Positions 1 through 9,015 of a DNA stretch of 64,000 nucleotides are shown piece after piece. The stretch comes from a bacterium HR37 (GTDB lineage Bacteria > Desulfobacterota_D > UBA1144 > Nemesobacterales > CSP1-2). The number at the start of each line of letters is the position of its first letter. Position 1 is the stretch's first letter. The translations under genes were made by a program, and so were the position numbers. The notes under the pieces were generated by a model. It was not told the origin of the DNA. It ran no database searches and saw only the letters and a program-made list of their open reading frames with translations. The DNA lies in the NCBI GenBank assembly GCA_002898375.1, contig BEIN01000012.1:3922-67921 (forward strand), in the 5' to 3' direction.

Positions 1-616
1 CCCCATCGAATACGTTTTCAAGCACAAAAACTGTATAGTTAATCAAAGAGAGGTTGGATCTGATACAAAAAGTTTTGCAAACGCATTAAGAAGTGTTTTA
101 CGTGAGGACCCTGATGTTATTCTGATTGGGGAGATGAGAGACCTTGAAACCATAAAGATAGCTCTTGTCCTTGCCGAAACCGGTCATCTAACCCTAGCTA
201 CCCTTCACACAAACACTGCTATTCAAACCATAAACCGTATAATAGATGTTTTCCCTCCACACGAGCAATCGCAGGTAAGGGCCCAGCTATCTTTTGTTCT
301 TGAGGGGATAATCTGTCAAACCCTTATTCCAAGGATAGGGGGTGGTAGAGTGCTTGCTGTTGAGGTTTTGGTTCCAAATCCTGCCATAAGGAACCTTATT
401 AGAGAGGATAAAATACACCAGATTTACTCTCAGCAGCAACTGGGGCAGGAAAAGTGGCAGATGCAAACGCTTAACCAGAGCCTTGCTGACCTGTATCTTA
501 AAAAGCTTATAACCTATGAGGATGCGATATCAAAGAGTCAGGAACCAGAGGAGCTAAAGAGGATGCTTGCTGTAGGTAATGCTGGCCAAGGTAAACCGGA
601 ACGCATGATTAGATAA
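1..616 (+). CDS. pilT: Type IV pilus retraction ATPase, PilT/PilU family, C-terminal fragment (5' end outside window)
   Basis: The frame is open from nt 2 with no start. The translation has the PilT signature AIRNLIRE and is a close paralog of the complete PilT at 45831-46976 (shared segments: REDPDVIL, GEMRDLETI, AETGHL, TLHT). Confidence 0.8.
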   Translation, partial: PIEYVFKHKNCIVNQREVGSDTKSFANALRSVLREDPDVILIGEMRDLETIKIALVLAETGHLTLATLHTNTAIQTINRIIDVFPPHEQSQVRAQLSFVLEGIICQTLIPRIGGGRVLAVEVLVPNPAIRNLIREDKIHQIYSQQQLGQEKWQMQTLNQSLADLYLKKLITYEDAISKSQEPEELKRMLAVGNAGQGKPERMIR

Positions 617-646
617 GAGCAAAACAACTGGAGGTGATGGTAAAGG

Positions 647-1858
647 ATGCCTGTATTCGTATGGGAGGGAAAAGTAAAAGGTAAGGTTCAGAGGGGAGAG
701 ATGGTAGCCCCAAGCAAATCAGCTGTACTTGCTCGCCTAAGGCAGATGCAGATTCAACCTATCCCTGATAAGGTAAGGGAGAAGGGAAGGTTGAGTTTTA
801 GCTTCTCACTAGGTGGTGTTCCCTCAAAGGATTTGGTGGTCTTTACAAGACAGCTTTCGACAATGATTGATGCAGGTCTTCCTATAGTTCAGTCCCTTGA
901 GGTTCTTGCTTCTCAGCAAACCAATTCAAAATTTAAAAAGATACTTAATAACATAAAGGAAGAGGTAGAAGCTGGCTCAACCTTTGCAGATGCCCTTGCA
1001 AAACATAAAGATGTTTTTAACGTTCTCTATGTAAACCTTGTAAGAGCGGGTGAAACTGGTGGTTCTCTTGATGTTATCCTTCAAAGACTTTCAGTGTATT
1101 TGGAGAAAATAGAGGGTATAAAAAGAAAGATCAAAGGGGCCATGGTGTATCCTTCAATTGTTATAAGTGTGGCAATAATAGTTCTTGCTATAGTTCTTAT
1201 ATTCGTTGTTCCAACTTTTGCAGAGCTTTTTAAGGATTTAGGAACAACCCTGCCCTCTCTTACCCAGCTTGTTATAAGCATAAGTGACTTCTTCAAAAAC
1301 AACATTATATACATTCTGAGTTCCCTTGTTTTGCTCTCCATACTGCTAAGTCTTCTGTACGGTAAAACCGAGAAAGGAAGGAAGATTATAGATGGTTTTC
1401 TTCTTAGACTGTGGCTGGTTGGTCCTCTCCTTCTTAAAACCACTACTGCAAGGTTCTGTAGAACCCTTGCTACACTTACCTCGGGTGGCATACCAATACT
1501 TGAGGGTCTTGAGATTACGGCAAGAGCCTCTGGCAATAAGGTTGTGGAGGAGGCTATTTTGGAGGCAAGAAGTGTTGTAAGCGAGGGGCAAACCCTTGCA
1601 GATTCGCTTTCTGCCAGACCAAGGATCTTCCCGCCTATGGTGATTCAGATGATACAGGTAGGGGAGCAAACCGGAGCTTTAGATGACATGCTTAATAAGA
1701 TTGCTGATTTCTACGAGGAAGAGGTAGATGCTGCCGTTGCTGCACTTATGTCTGCTCTTGAACCTGTAATGATTGCTTTTCTTGGGGCCACTGTAGGGGT
1801 AATAGTGGTTTCTATGTATCTGCCAATGTTTAAGCTTATATCTACCCTTGCTGGTTAG
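647..1858 (+). CDS. pilC: Type IV pilus assembly platform protein PilC (GspF family)
   Basis: 403 aa with a polytopic membrane profile and the characteristic GspF/PilC repeat motifs (LSTMIDAGLPIVQSL ... LATLTSGGIPILEGL). It lies directly downstream of pilT. Confidence 0.85.
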   Translation: MPVFVWEGKVKGKVQRGEMVAPSKSAVLARLRQMQIQPIPDKVREKGRLSFSFSLGGVPSKDLVVFTRQLSTMIDAGLPIVQSLEVLASQQTNSKFKKILNNIKEEVEAGSTFADALAKHKDVFNVLYVNLVRAGETGGSLDVILQRLSVYLEKIEGIKRKIKGAMVYPSIVISVAIIVLAIVLIFVVPTFAELFKDLGTTLPSLTQLVISISDFFKNNIIYILSSLVLLSILLSLLYGKTEKGRKIIDGFLLRLWLVGPLLLKTTTARFCRTLATLTSGGIPILEGLEITARASGNKVVEEAILEARSVVSEGQTLADSLSARPRIFPPMVIQMIQVGEQTGALDDMLNKIADFYEEEVDAAVAALMSALEPVMIAFLGATVGVIVVSMYLPMFKLISTLAG

Positions 1859-3518
1859 GAGGGATGGCTTAGATTGTATGAAAAAAAATTCCGAAATAGA
1901 GTTAAAAACCTGTGTAATCTTAAGGGTGGTAGTAGCCACAGTACTTCTGGGTTTTGGTGTTTTAGTCTATCTGGATAATGGGTTAAAAAAAGAGGGGTTT
2001 TTTCTGGCCTTAGTGGTCTCACTTGTTTACTTTTTTAATCTCTCCTATATGCTTCTGCAGTCTCTTTTTGAAAGATACCCTGTGGCCTCTAAGATAGTTC
2101 AGTTAGCAGTTGATCTAATACTTATTTCGTGTGTTGTAGTTGTAACGGGTGGAAAATCAAGCCCATTTGTCTTTCTTTACGCCCTTTTAATAATCTTTGC
2201 TGGCATGACACTTACAAGAACGGCAAGCTTTCTTACAGCTGCCATTTCAGGGGTGTTTTATTTCCTTGTTGTGCTCTATCAGTCTATTCCCGGTCTTGAG
2301 GAAAATTTTCTGTACATATCATCTTCTCATACCCATATATGGGAAGAAAGGCAGATGGCTTATACTTACTTTAATCTTATAGGTTTTATCTTGGTGGCTA
2401 TGCTTAGCGGTTACCTATCCGAAAGGGTACGTACAACCCGAAGGGAACTCGGTGAGAGTAGGGAGAGACTAAGTCTTTTAAAGAATCTCCATGAAAATAT
2501 ACTTCAGAGCCTAGAAAGCGGGGTTATAACCCTTGATCTGGATGGAAGGATTATATCGGTAAACAGAACTGCCCTAAAAATACTTGGAATCCAGAGTGAG
2601 GACTATGTGCTTGGTAAGGATATATCGTCCTGTTTTATAGGGATAACAAATGTAGAGGAGCTTATCTCTAGAAAAAGGGAAGAGTTCTTCTATATAACCC
2701 CTAAGGGTAAGGGGATTGTCCTTGGTTTTTCCTGTTCCATTTTGAAGGATTCTCAGGATAATAAAATCGGTTACATTGTAATCTTTCAGGATCTTACCGA
2801 TATAAGGGAAATGGAGCAACGTCTTAGAGATTCTGAGAAGATGGCACTTTTAGGACAAATTGCAGCTGGTTTGGCTCATGAGATAAGGAATCCGCTCTCT
2901 GCGATAGGTGGGTCAATAGAGATATTGGGTCAGGAGGTTAAACCCTCGGAGGAGAATCTCCGCTTGCTTGGTATTGTGAACAGAGAAATTGAAAGGCTAA
3001 ACCTTCTTGTTGAGGACTTTCTTTTCCTTGCAAAACCCTTCGGTGGAGAGAAGAGTCTTGTTGACCTGGCTCTTATAATAGATGAGACTGTAAGTTCTTA
3101 TCTAAGAATAAAGGGTAGGAGTGAGGTTGAGATAACCGTAAACACAGAGAGGAATCTTCTGGTTAGAGCCGATTCTTATAGGTTAAAGCAGGTTTTTTGG
3201 AATCTTTTGGTTAATGCTGGAGAAGCAATGCAGAATGGAGGAAGGATACTAATTGAATCTGTGTCCGATGATAGCAGTGTTGTCATAAGGGTTTCAGACA
3301 GTGGATGCGGGATAGACAGTGAAGTTATTCCCAGAATATTTGAACCTTTCTTCTCAACTAAATCTATTGGAACTGGCCTTGGTCTTACAATTGTAAAAAA
3401 AATCATTGAGGGTTATAATGGTAAGATAGAGGTTACAAGTGCAAAAGGAAAGGGAACAACTTTTACCATGACTCTGCCGAGGGCAAAAAGGGTTATAGAA
3501 GGACTTAAAAACCACTAA
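1848..3518 (+). CDS. Sensor histidine kinase, PilS-like (multi-TM N-terminus, PAS, HisKA, HATPase)
   Basis: N-terminal hydrophobic helices followed by an H-box (LAHEIRNPLSAI) and a C-terminal ATPase with G-boxes (DSGCGI, GTGLGL). The true start may be the Met at 1878. Confidence 0.8.
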   Translation: MLVRRDGLDCMKKNSEIELKTCVILRVVVATVLLGFGVLVYLDNGLKKEGFFLALVVSLVYFFNLSYMLLQSLFERYPVASKIVQLAVDLILISCVVVVTGGKSSPFVFLYALLIIFAGMTLTRTASFLTAAISGVFYFLVVLYQSIPGLEENFLYISSSHTHIWEERQMAYTYFNLIGFILVAMLSGYLSERVRTTRRELGESRERLSLLKNLHENILQSLESGVITLDLDGRIISVNRTALKILGIQSEDYVLGKDISSCFIGITNVEELISRKREEFFYITPKGKGIVLGFSCSILKDSQDNKIGYIVIFQDLTDIREMEQRLRDSEKMALLGQIAAGLAHEIRNPLSAIGGSIEILGQEVKPSEENLRLLGIVNREIERLNLLVEDFLFLAKPFGGEKSLVDLALIIDETVSSYLRIKGRSEVEITVNTERNLLVRADSYRLKQVFWNLLVNAGEAMQNGGRILIESVSDDSSVVIRVSDSGCGIDSEVIPRIFEPFFSTKSIGTGLGLTIVKKIIEGYNGKIEVTSAKGKGTTFTMTLPRAKRVIEGLKNH

Positions 3519-4958
3519 TTGAAAATGAGGTGTCTTATGGGGCAAGAAAAGAACACGGTACTTGTGGTAGATGATGAACCCGGGATGAGAGAGTTCTTAG
3601 AGATTATGCTTAAGAGAGATGGTTATATAGTGGATACCGCACCTGATGGTGCAAGGGCCCTGGATAAGATAGAAAGCACGCTGTTTGACCTTGCCATTGT
3701 TGATATACAAATGCCAGTTATGAACGGAATCGAACTCCTAAGGAGGATAAATGAGAAAAGCCCCGAGACTACCGTAATAATGATAACTGCATATGCTTCC
3801 CATGAAACCGCTATAGAGGCTATGAAACTGGGAGCTTACGATTACATAACAAAGCCGTTTAAGATAGATGAGATAAAGCTTGTTATAAAGAAGGCTATAG
3901 AGAAAAAGAAGCTTGAGCGTGAGAACAAAAGGCTTAGAAAGGAACTTGAGACGAAATACGGGTTTGGAAACATAATCGGAAGGAGTCCTTCTATAATCAA
4001 GGTCTTTGACCTGATAAAAAGGGTGGCCGACCTTAATGTAAATGTTCTCATCACCGGGGAGAGTGGAACGGGAAAGGAACTTGTAGCACGTGCGATACAC
4101 TACAGCGGTATAAGGCGTGGGGGACCTTTTGTCCCCGTTAACTGTGGGGCTATTCCGGAGTCACTTATTGAAAGTGAGCTTTTTGGTTACAAAAGGGGTG
4201 CTTTTACCGGTGCTTTAAGGGATAAAAAGGGCTTATTTGAGGAGGCCGATGGCGGAACCATATTTCTCGATGAAATTGCAGATTTGCCCTTACATCTTCA
4301 GGTGAGACTTCTAAGGGTTATTGAGGAAAAATCTATTCGCCCTTTGGGCAGTACGGAGACAATTCCAATAGATATTAGGGTAATAGCTGCTACAAATAAG
4401 AATCTGGAGGAAGAGATAGAAAAAGGAAGGTTTAGAGAGGATCTTTACTACAGGCTAAATGTTATAAAGATAGAGCTCCCTCCACTTAGGGAGAGAAAGG
4501 AGGATATAGCTCCCCTTGCCATTCATTTTATCAGCAAATACTCACGGGAGATGGGAAAGGATATTCGTGGAATATCTCCCAAGGCACTGGAGACCCTGGA
4601 AGGCTACCACTACCCGGGTAACGTAAGGGAGCTTGAAAACATAATAGCAAGGTCTGTTGCTCTGGAAACCTCAAATGTTATTCGTCAAGAGACCTTGCCC
4701 CAACTCGTGGGTAGTAAGGATTTTATTGATCTCGGTGCTGACCTCTCATCAGGTACCAATCTGGATGCAGTTCTTGAAAACGTTGAAAGAAGGTTTATAG
4801 AAAAGGCCCTTAAGTCGACTGGGGGAAATAAAACCGAGGCTGCAAAACTGCTTGGAATAACCCTTCGTTCGCTAAGGTACAGACTGGCAAAACTTGGGCT
4901 CTATGATGAGAGCATAGAAGAGAGTGAGTCGGTTGAGGGAGAAGAGGTTGTAAACTGA
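3519..4958 (+). CDS. Sigma-54-dependent response regulator, NtrC/PilR family
   Basis: Receiver domain (VLVVDDEPG ... D), AAA+ sigma-54 activator domain with GESGTGKE and the GAFTGA motif, and a C-terminal Fis-type HTH. The likely start is ATG at 3537, which has a GAGG ribosome-binding site. Confidence 0.85.
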   Translation: MKMRCLMGQEKNTVLVVDDEPGMREFLEIMLKRDGYIVDTAPDGARALDKIESTLFDLAIVDIQMPVMNGIELLRRINEKSPETTVIMITAYASHETAIEAMKLGAYDYITKPFKIDEIKLVIKKAIEKKKLERENKRLRKELETKYGFGNIIGRSPSIIKVFDLIKRVADLNVNVLITGESGTGKELVARAIHYSGIRRGGPFVPVNCGAIPESLIESELFGYKRGAFTGALRDKKGLFEEADGGTIFLDEIADLPLHLQVRLLRVIEEKSIRPLGSTETIPIDIRVIAATNKNLEEEIEKGRFREDLYYRLNVIKIELPPLRERKEDIAPLAIHFISKYSREMGKDIRGISPKALETLEGYHYPGNVRELENIIARSVALETSNVIRQETLPQLVGSKDFIDLGADLSSGTNLDAVLENVERRFIEKALKSTGGNKTEAAKLLGITLRSLRYRLAKLGLYDESIEESESVEGEEVVN

Positions 4959-5024
4959 TTTTAATAAGAAAAAGTATCCTCCTCTCGTTCTAAAAGCGGT
5001 CTTTGTTTCATATAAACCTAAAGT

Positions 5025-5501
5025 TTACATTTTGTACTTTCCAAAGTCACCAGGTGGAATCTTTTCAAGTAGCTCTGTAAGCTTTTCTTTTTCCTCCCCG
5101 CTTTCTAGCTTTCTTGATTTCTCAAGCACTTCCTCTTTTACATAGATTGGAGAACCTGTTCTAAGAGCTATGGCTATTGCATCACTTGGTCTTGAATCTA
5201 TAACGTATTCTTCATCTCCTCTTTTCAGGTATATCTCCGCGTAAAAAGTATCATCCCGTAAATCCGTAACCTCAACCTTCGTTACCGAGAACTTAAGGCA
5301 ATCCAGAACGTTTTTCATAAGGTCATGTGTAAGGGGACGTCCTCTCGGTGTTTTCTCCAACTCCATGGCTATCGAACTTGCTTCCATAAAGCCTATCCAG
5401 ATTGGAAGTATCTTCTCACCGGTAACATCTTTTAGAATAACGATAGGGGTGTTTGTAAACGGGTCCAATGCTATTCCTGATACCTTCATTTCTCGAACCA
5501 T
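5025..5501 (-). CDS. Bifunctional nuclease (BFN/DUF151) family protein
   Basis: 158 aa. The N-terminal pattern (GIALDPFTNTPIVILKD...ILPIWIG..EA.SIA) is typical of BFN domain proteins. Confidence 0.65.
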   Translation of the reverse strand: MVREMKVSGIALDPFTNTPIVILKDVTGEKILPIWIGFMEASSIAMELEKTPRGRPLTHDLMKNVLDCLKFSVTKVEVTDLRDDTFYAEIYLKRGDEEYVIDSRPSDAIAIALRTGSPIYVKEEVLEKSRKLESGEEKEKLTELLEKIPPGDFGKYKM

Positions 5502-5520
5502 GGTTCACCTCCATTCTTTA

Positions 5521-6819
5521 TTAGTATAACTCACCACGAAGGGAGTTTTGAAACCCTTCTGTGATCCTTACCTTTACTATCTTCCCTATAAGCTCCTGTG
5601 GGCCAGGGAAGTTTACGATTCTGTTATGTGGTGTTCGTCCGGAGAGAAAGCTGTTGTTGTGTTTGCTTCTGCCCTCAACAAGAACCTCTTCTATCAGACC
5701 AACCCTGCTCATGTTTTTCTCCAGTGTTATCTTCCTTTGAAACTCCTGCAGTTCCTTAAGTCTCCTGCTTGCGGTGTTGTCGTCTACTCTGTCTGGGAAA
5801 TCAGCTGCAGGTGTACCTGGGCGGGGTGAGAACTTAAAGGAAAATGCGCTATCAAACTTTACCTCTTCAAGAAGTTTCATGGTGTCATGGAAGTCCTCTT
5901 CAGTTTCACCCGGAAAACCCACGATTATGTCTGTAGATATAGCTATATCAGGTATTGCATCCCTTAGTCTGTTTACCGTTTCTATGTACCATTCTCTTGT
6001 ATACGTTCTTTTCATTCTCGCCAAAACCCTGTTTGACCCTGATTGAACTGGAAGGTGTATATGATGACATACTTTCGAAACCTCTCTCATTGCATCTATC
6101 ATTTTTCTTGTTACATCTCTTGGATAAGATGTTGTAAAACGAATCCTTAAGAGCCCTTCTATCTCGGCTACAATTCTTAGCAGGTCACCGAATCTGTATC
6201 GGTCTGTCTTCCAGGAGTTTACGGTTTGGCCTATAAAGGTTACCTCCTTTACGCCTTTTTGTACGAGTTTTCTTGTCTCTTGCAGTATGTCCTCTAGCGG
6301 TCTGTTAATCTCCTTTCCCCTTACGTGAGGGACTATACAGTAGGTGCACATCTTGTTACAACCCTGCTGTATGGATACAAAGGCTGTAACCTTTCCTTCC
6401 TCATGGTATGGTTCGATCTCAAAAACTTCCTCTACATCAAAAGAGGTTTCAATTTTTTTCCTTTGGTCTGATTGTATCTCTGTAATAAGTTTGGGCAGTT
6501 TTGGAATAGACCTTGGGCCTATAACAAGGTCTACATGTGGCATCTTCTCAATGATTTTATCCCCGTATAGCTGGGCTACGCATCCTGCAACACCTATTAT
6601 CACATCTGGTCTTTTTGCCTTTAAGTGTTTGAATCTACCTAGACTGCTAAAGGCCTTCTGATCAGCCTTTTCTCTTATTGCACACGTATTTACTATGATG
6701 ACATCTGCATCGGCAGGATCATCTGTAAGCTCAAAGCTCAGAGCATTTCGTATGCGGTCTGAGTCATACTCATTCATCTGACAGCCGTAGGTTTCTATAT
6801 ATAGCTTTCTTCCATTCAT
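5521..6819 (-). CDS. miaB: tRNA-2-methylthio-N6-dimethylallyladenosine synthase MiaB (radical SAM methylthiotransferase)
   Basis: N-terminal MTTase domain (YIETYGCQMNEYDS), radical SAM CxxxCxxC (CNKMCTYC) and a C-terminal TRAM domain. Confidence 0.85.
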   Translation of the reverse strand: MNGRKLYIETYGCQMNEYDSDRIRNALSFELTDDPADADVIIVNTCAIREKADQKAFSSLGRFKHLKAKRPDVIIGVAGCVAQLYGDKIIEKMPHVDLVIGPRSIPKLPKLITEIQSDQRKKIETSFDVEEVFEIEPYHEEGKVTAFVSIQQGCNKMCTYCIVPHVRGKEINRPLEDILQETRKLVQKGVKEVTFIGQTVNSWKTDRYRFGDLLRIVAEIEGLLRIRFTTSYPRDVTRKMIDAMREVSKVCHHIHLPVQSGSNRVLARMKRTYTREWYIETVNRLRDAIPDIAISTDIIVGFPGETEEDFHDTMKLLEEVKFDSAFSFKFSPRPGTPAADFPDRVDDNTASRRLKELQEFQRKITLEKNMSRVGLIEEVLVEGRSKHNNSFLSGRTPHNRIVNFPGPQELIGKIVKVRITEGFQNSLRGELY

Positions 6820-6992
6820 ATATTATAGAATGTAACGCTTTAGGAATACCAAGTCAAGCAAATAAGGGATGTTTGAAAGTTGGTTGTAAGTGCATAATAA
6901 TTAGTAAAAATTGGATTGACACGTTTGAGGAAATTTAGTAGGCTAGAGCCTAGTATCAATTACCGAGGAAAAAAGCTAGAGGAGCCAACCTG

Positions 6993-8378
6993 ATGAGTAA
7001 CGAAACTACAGAAGTTTCAGCAGGTAGGGAAGGCATATTTAGCTGGTATAAGGATATAAGCAGAAAGCAATGGCTTGCTTTTATTGCTGCTTTTCTTGGA
7101 TGGACACTTGATGCTATGGACCTTCTTCTTTATGTCTATGCACTCCCTAAGATTCGTGATACTTGGAATCTTACTGACAAGGAGGCTGCTTGGCTCTTTG
7201 GGGTTACTCTTTTTTCATCTGCTCTGGGTGGAGCCCTTTTTGGCATAATAACTGATTATATTGGAAGGATAAGAGCTCTTACCTATTCAATTCTTATGTA
7301 CTCGATATTTACAGGGCTTAGTGCTTTTGCTCCAAACGTGGAGTTTTTCCTTGTGTGCCGCTTTTTCTTGGGCCTTGGTATGGGAGGGGAATGGGCTTCT
7401 GGTGAGATCCTTGTAGCTGAAAGTTGGCCAAGACAGCATAGGGGAAAGGTTGTGGGTATGGTACAGAGCGGCTGGGGTATAGGGTATATACTTGCGGCTA
7501 CGCTTGCAATTATTATCCTACCACATGCTGATTTTGAGCTTTCTCTCCCTTACTTTGGGGACGTTTTTATTCACAGCTGGAGGGTTCTTTTCCTTGTGGG
7601 TATTCTTCCTGCCTTCCTTGTTTTCTTTATAAGAAGACACTGTGAGGAACCTGAGATCTGGAAGACAACTGCAGAGCTTAGAAAGCAGGGAAAACTGAGT
7701 GAGAAGGCTAGGACTTTTACATTTGTTCAACTCTGGAAGAAAGACCTTATCGGTTATACGATTAGAGCCACACTTCTTACGAGTTTTTGTATGATTGCTT
7801 ACTGGGGTCTTAACACATGGATTCCCACCTATCTTGCAAGCCCTGTTGAGAAAGGAGGGGCAGGTCTTGGTCTTATAAAGGGTTATGCGTGGACCATTTT
7901 TATAAACCTAGGGGCCTTTATAGGTTGCAACACATTCGGAGCCATAAGTGACAGGCTTGGTAGAAGACCTACCTTTGTAGGATACCTTCTTATAATGGCG
8001 ATTCTGGTTCCAATCTTTGGGGCTATAACCGAGGTGCAGAGGTTTATAGGGTTTTTGAGTGTAGAGACCCTATTGCTTATATTGGGACCGCTCCTTGGTT
8101 TTTTTGGTACCGGCTTTTACTCGGGTTTTGGTGCTTTGATGGCAGAGGTTTTCCCTACAAGGGCACGTGGTACTGCTCAGGGATTTTGCTATAATTTTGG
8201 AAGGGGTGCTTCGGCTCTTGCCCCTTATATATTTGCTGTTGTGGCAAGTATGCGGATACTGGGACACGATGTGGGATATGGCCTTTCCCTTATAACGGCA
8301 TCTGTGTTTGCTGTTCTTGCGGCTATAACAGTTCTTACCTTCCCTGAAACAAAGGGAAAACAGCTTGAGATTGAGTAA
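6993..8378 (+). CDS. MFS transporter
   Basis: 461 aa with about 12 predicted TM helices and an MFS signature loop (GRIRALTYS ... DRLGRR). Confidence 0.75.
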   Translation: MSNETTEVSAGREGIFSWYKDISRKQWLAFIAAFLGWTLDAMDLLLYVYALPKIRDTWNLTDKEAAWLFGVTLFSSALGGALFGIITDYIGRIRALTYSILMYSIFTGLSAFAPNVEFFLVCRFFLGLGMGGEWASGEILVAESWPRQHRGKVVGMVQSGWGIGYILAATLAIIILPHADFELSLPYFGDVFIHSWRVLFLVGILPAFLVFFIRRHCEEPEIWKTTAELRKQGKLSEKARTFTFVQLWKKDLIGYTIRATLLTSFCMIAYWGLNTWIPTYLASPVEKGGAGLGLIKGYAWTIFINLGAFIGCNTFGAISDRLGRRPTFVGYLLIMAILVPIFGAITEVQRFIGFLSVETLLLILGPLLGFFGTGFYSGFGALMAEVFPTRARGTAQGFCYNFGRGASALAPYIFAVVASMRILGHDVGYGLSLITASVFAVLAAITVLTFPETKGKQLEIE

Positions 8379-8416
8379 GTTGGTATAGATTTAGCAGAGT
8401 TAGTATATACGTTTTT

Positions 8417-8809
8417 ATGAGAGGACAAAGATACAGCAGGTACTTTACCGTTGAAGAAGCAAATGCTCTTATTCCTGAGCTGACCATGTTGATTGAGCGT
8501 ATAAGACTCATTAAATCAGAGGTTACCTCTAACATTGCAGAGCTAGAAGCTATTGTTAATAAGGCCCGGGCAAATGGAGGATACGGCAAGGGAACTACTT
8601 ATCTATCAAAGATAACCAGGTTTTATGATTATTTGAATCGAATAGAGGAGATGGGTTGCCTCCTAAGAGACATAGATCTGGGCATAGTTGATTTTCCATC
8701 TATTCATGATGGCAAAGAGGTGTATCTGTGTTGGAAGTTGGGGGAGGAAAGTGTCGGTTTCTGGCATGAGGTGGATGCTGGCTTTGCCGGAAGAAAACCA
8801 ATCCGCTAA
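8417..8809 (+). CDS. DUF2203-like hypothetical protein
   Basis: 130 aa soluble protein. The assignment rests on recalled similarity to a conserved DUF family only. Confidence 0.4.
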   Translation: MRGQRYSRYFTVEEANALIPELTMLIERIRLIKSEVTSNIAELEAIVNKARANGGYGKGTTYLSKITRFYDYLNRIEEMGCLLRDIDLGIVDFPSIHDGKEVYLCWKLGEESVGFWHEVDAGFAGRKPIR

Positions 8810-8960
8810 GTAAAAGTGTTTCTCTGTCCTTAGAGATATGCCCACTAATCATTCTTACATGCCTATTTTTTAAGCATTTGTCTTTTGGTTAGTTGGTGTA
8901 CTTTCCCCAAAAAACGCTTGAATATGTGTAACTTTGCATCTTAATCGTCTCCAGATGCTT

Positions 8961-8976
8961 TGGCACATATGTTGCA
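8961..8976 (+). promoter_or_regulatory. Sigma-54 (-24/-12) promoter: TGGCAC-N5-TTGCA upstream of amt
   Basis: Exact match to TGGCACG-N4-TTGCW spacing. GG is at 8962-8963 and GC at 8974-8975, about 40 nt upstream of the amt start. Confidence 0.6.
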
Positions 8977-9015
8977 AATACCCAAGAGGGTAAGTTTCCC
9001 TTAGGAGGTCAGAAT

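Noticed and set aside
1081-1669. Minus-strand ORFs of 151 and 107 aa
   Set aside because: They are antisense shadow ORFs inside pilC with no ribosome-binding site or domain signal.
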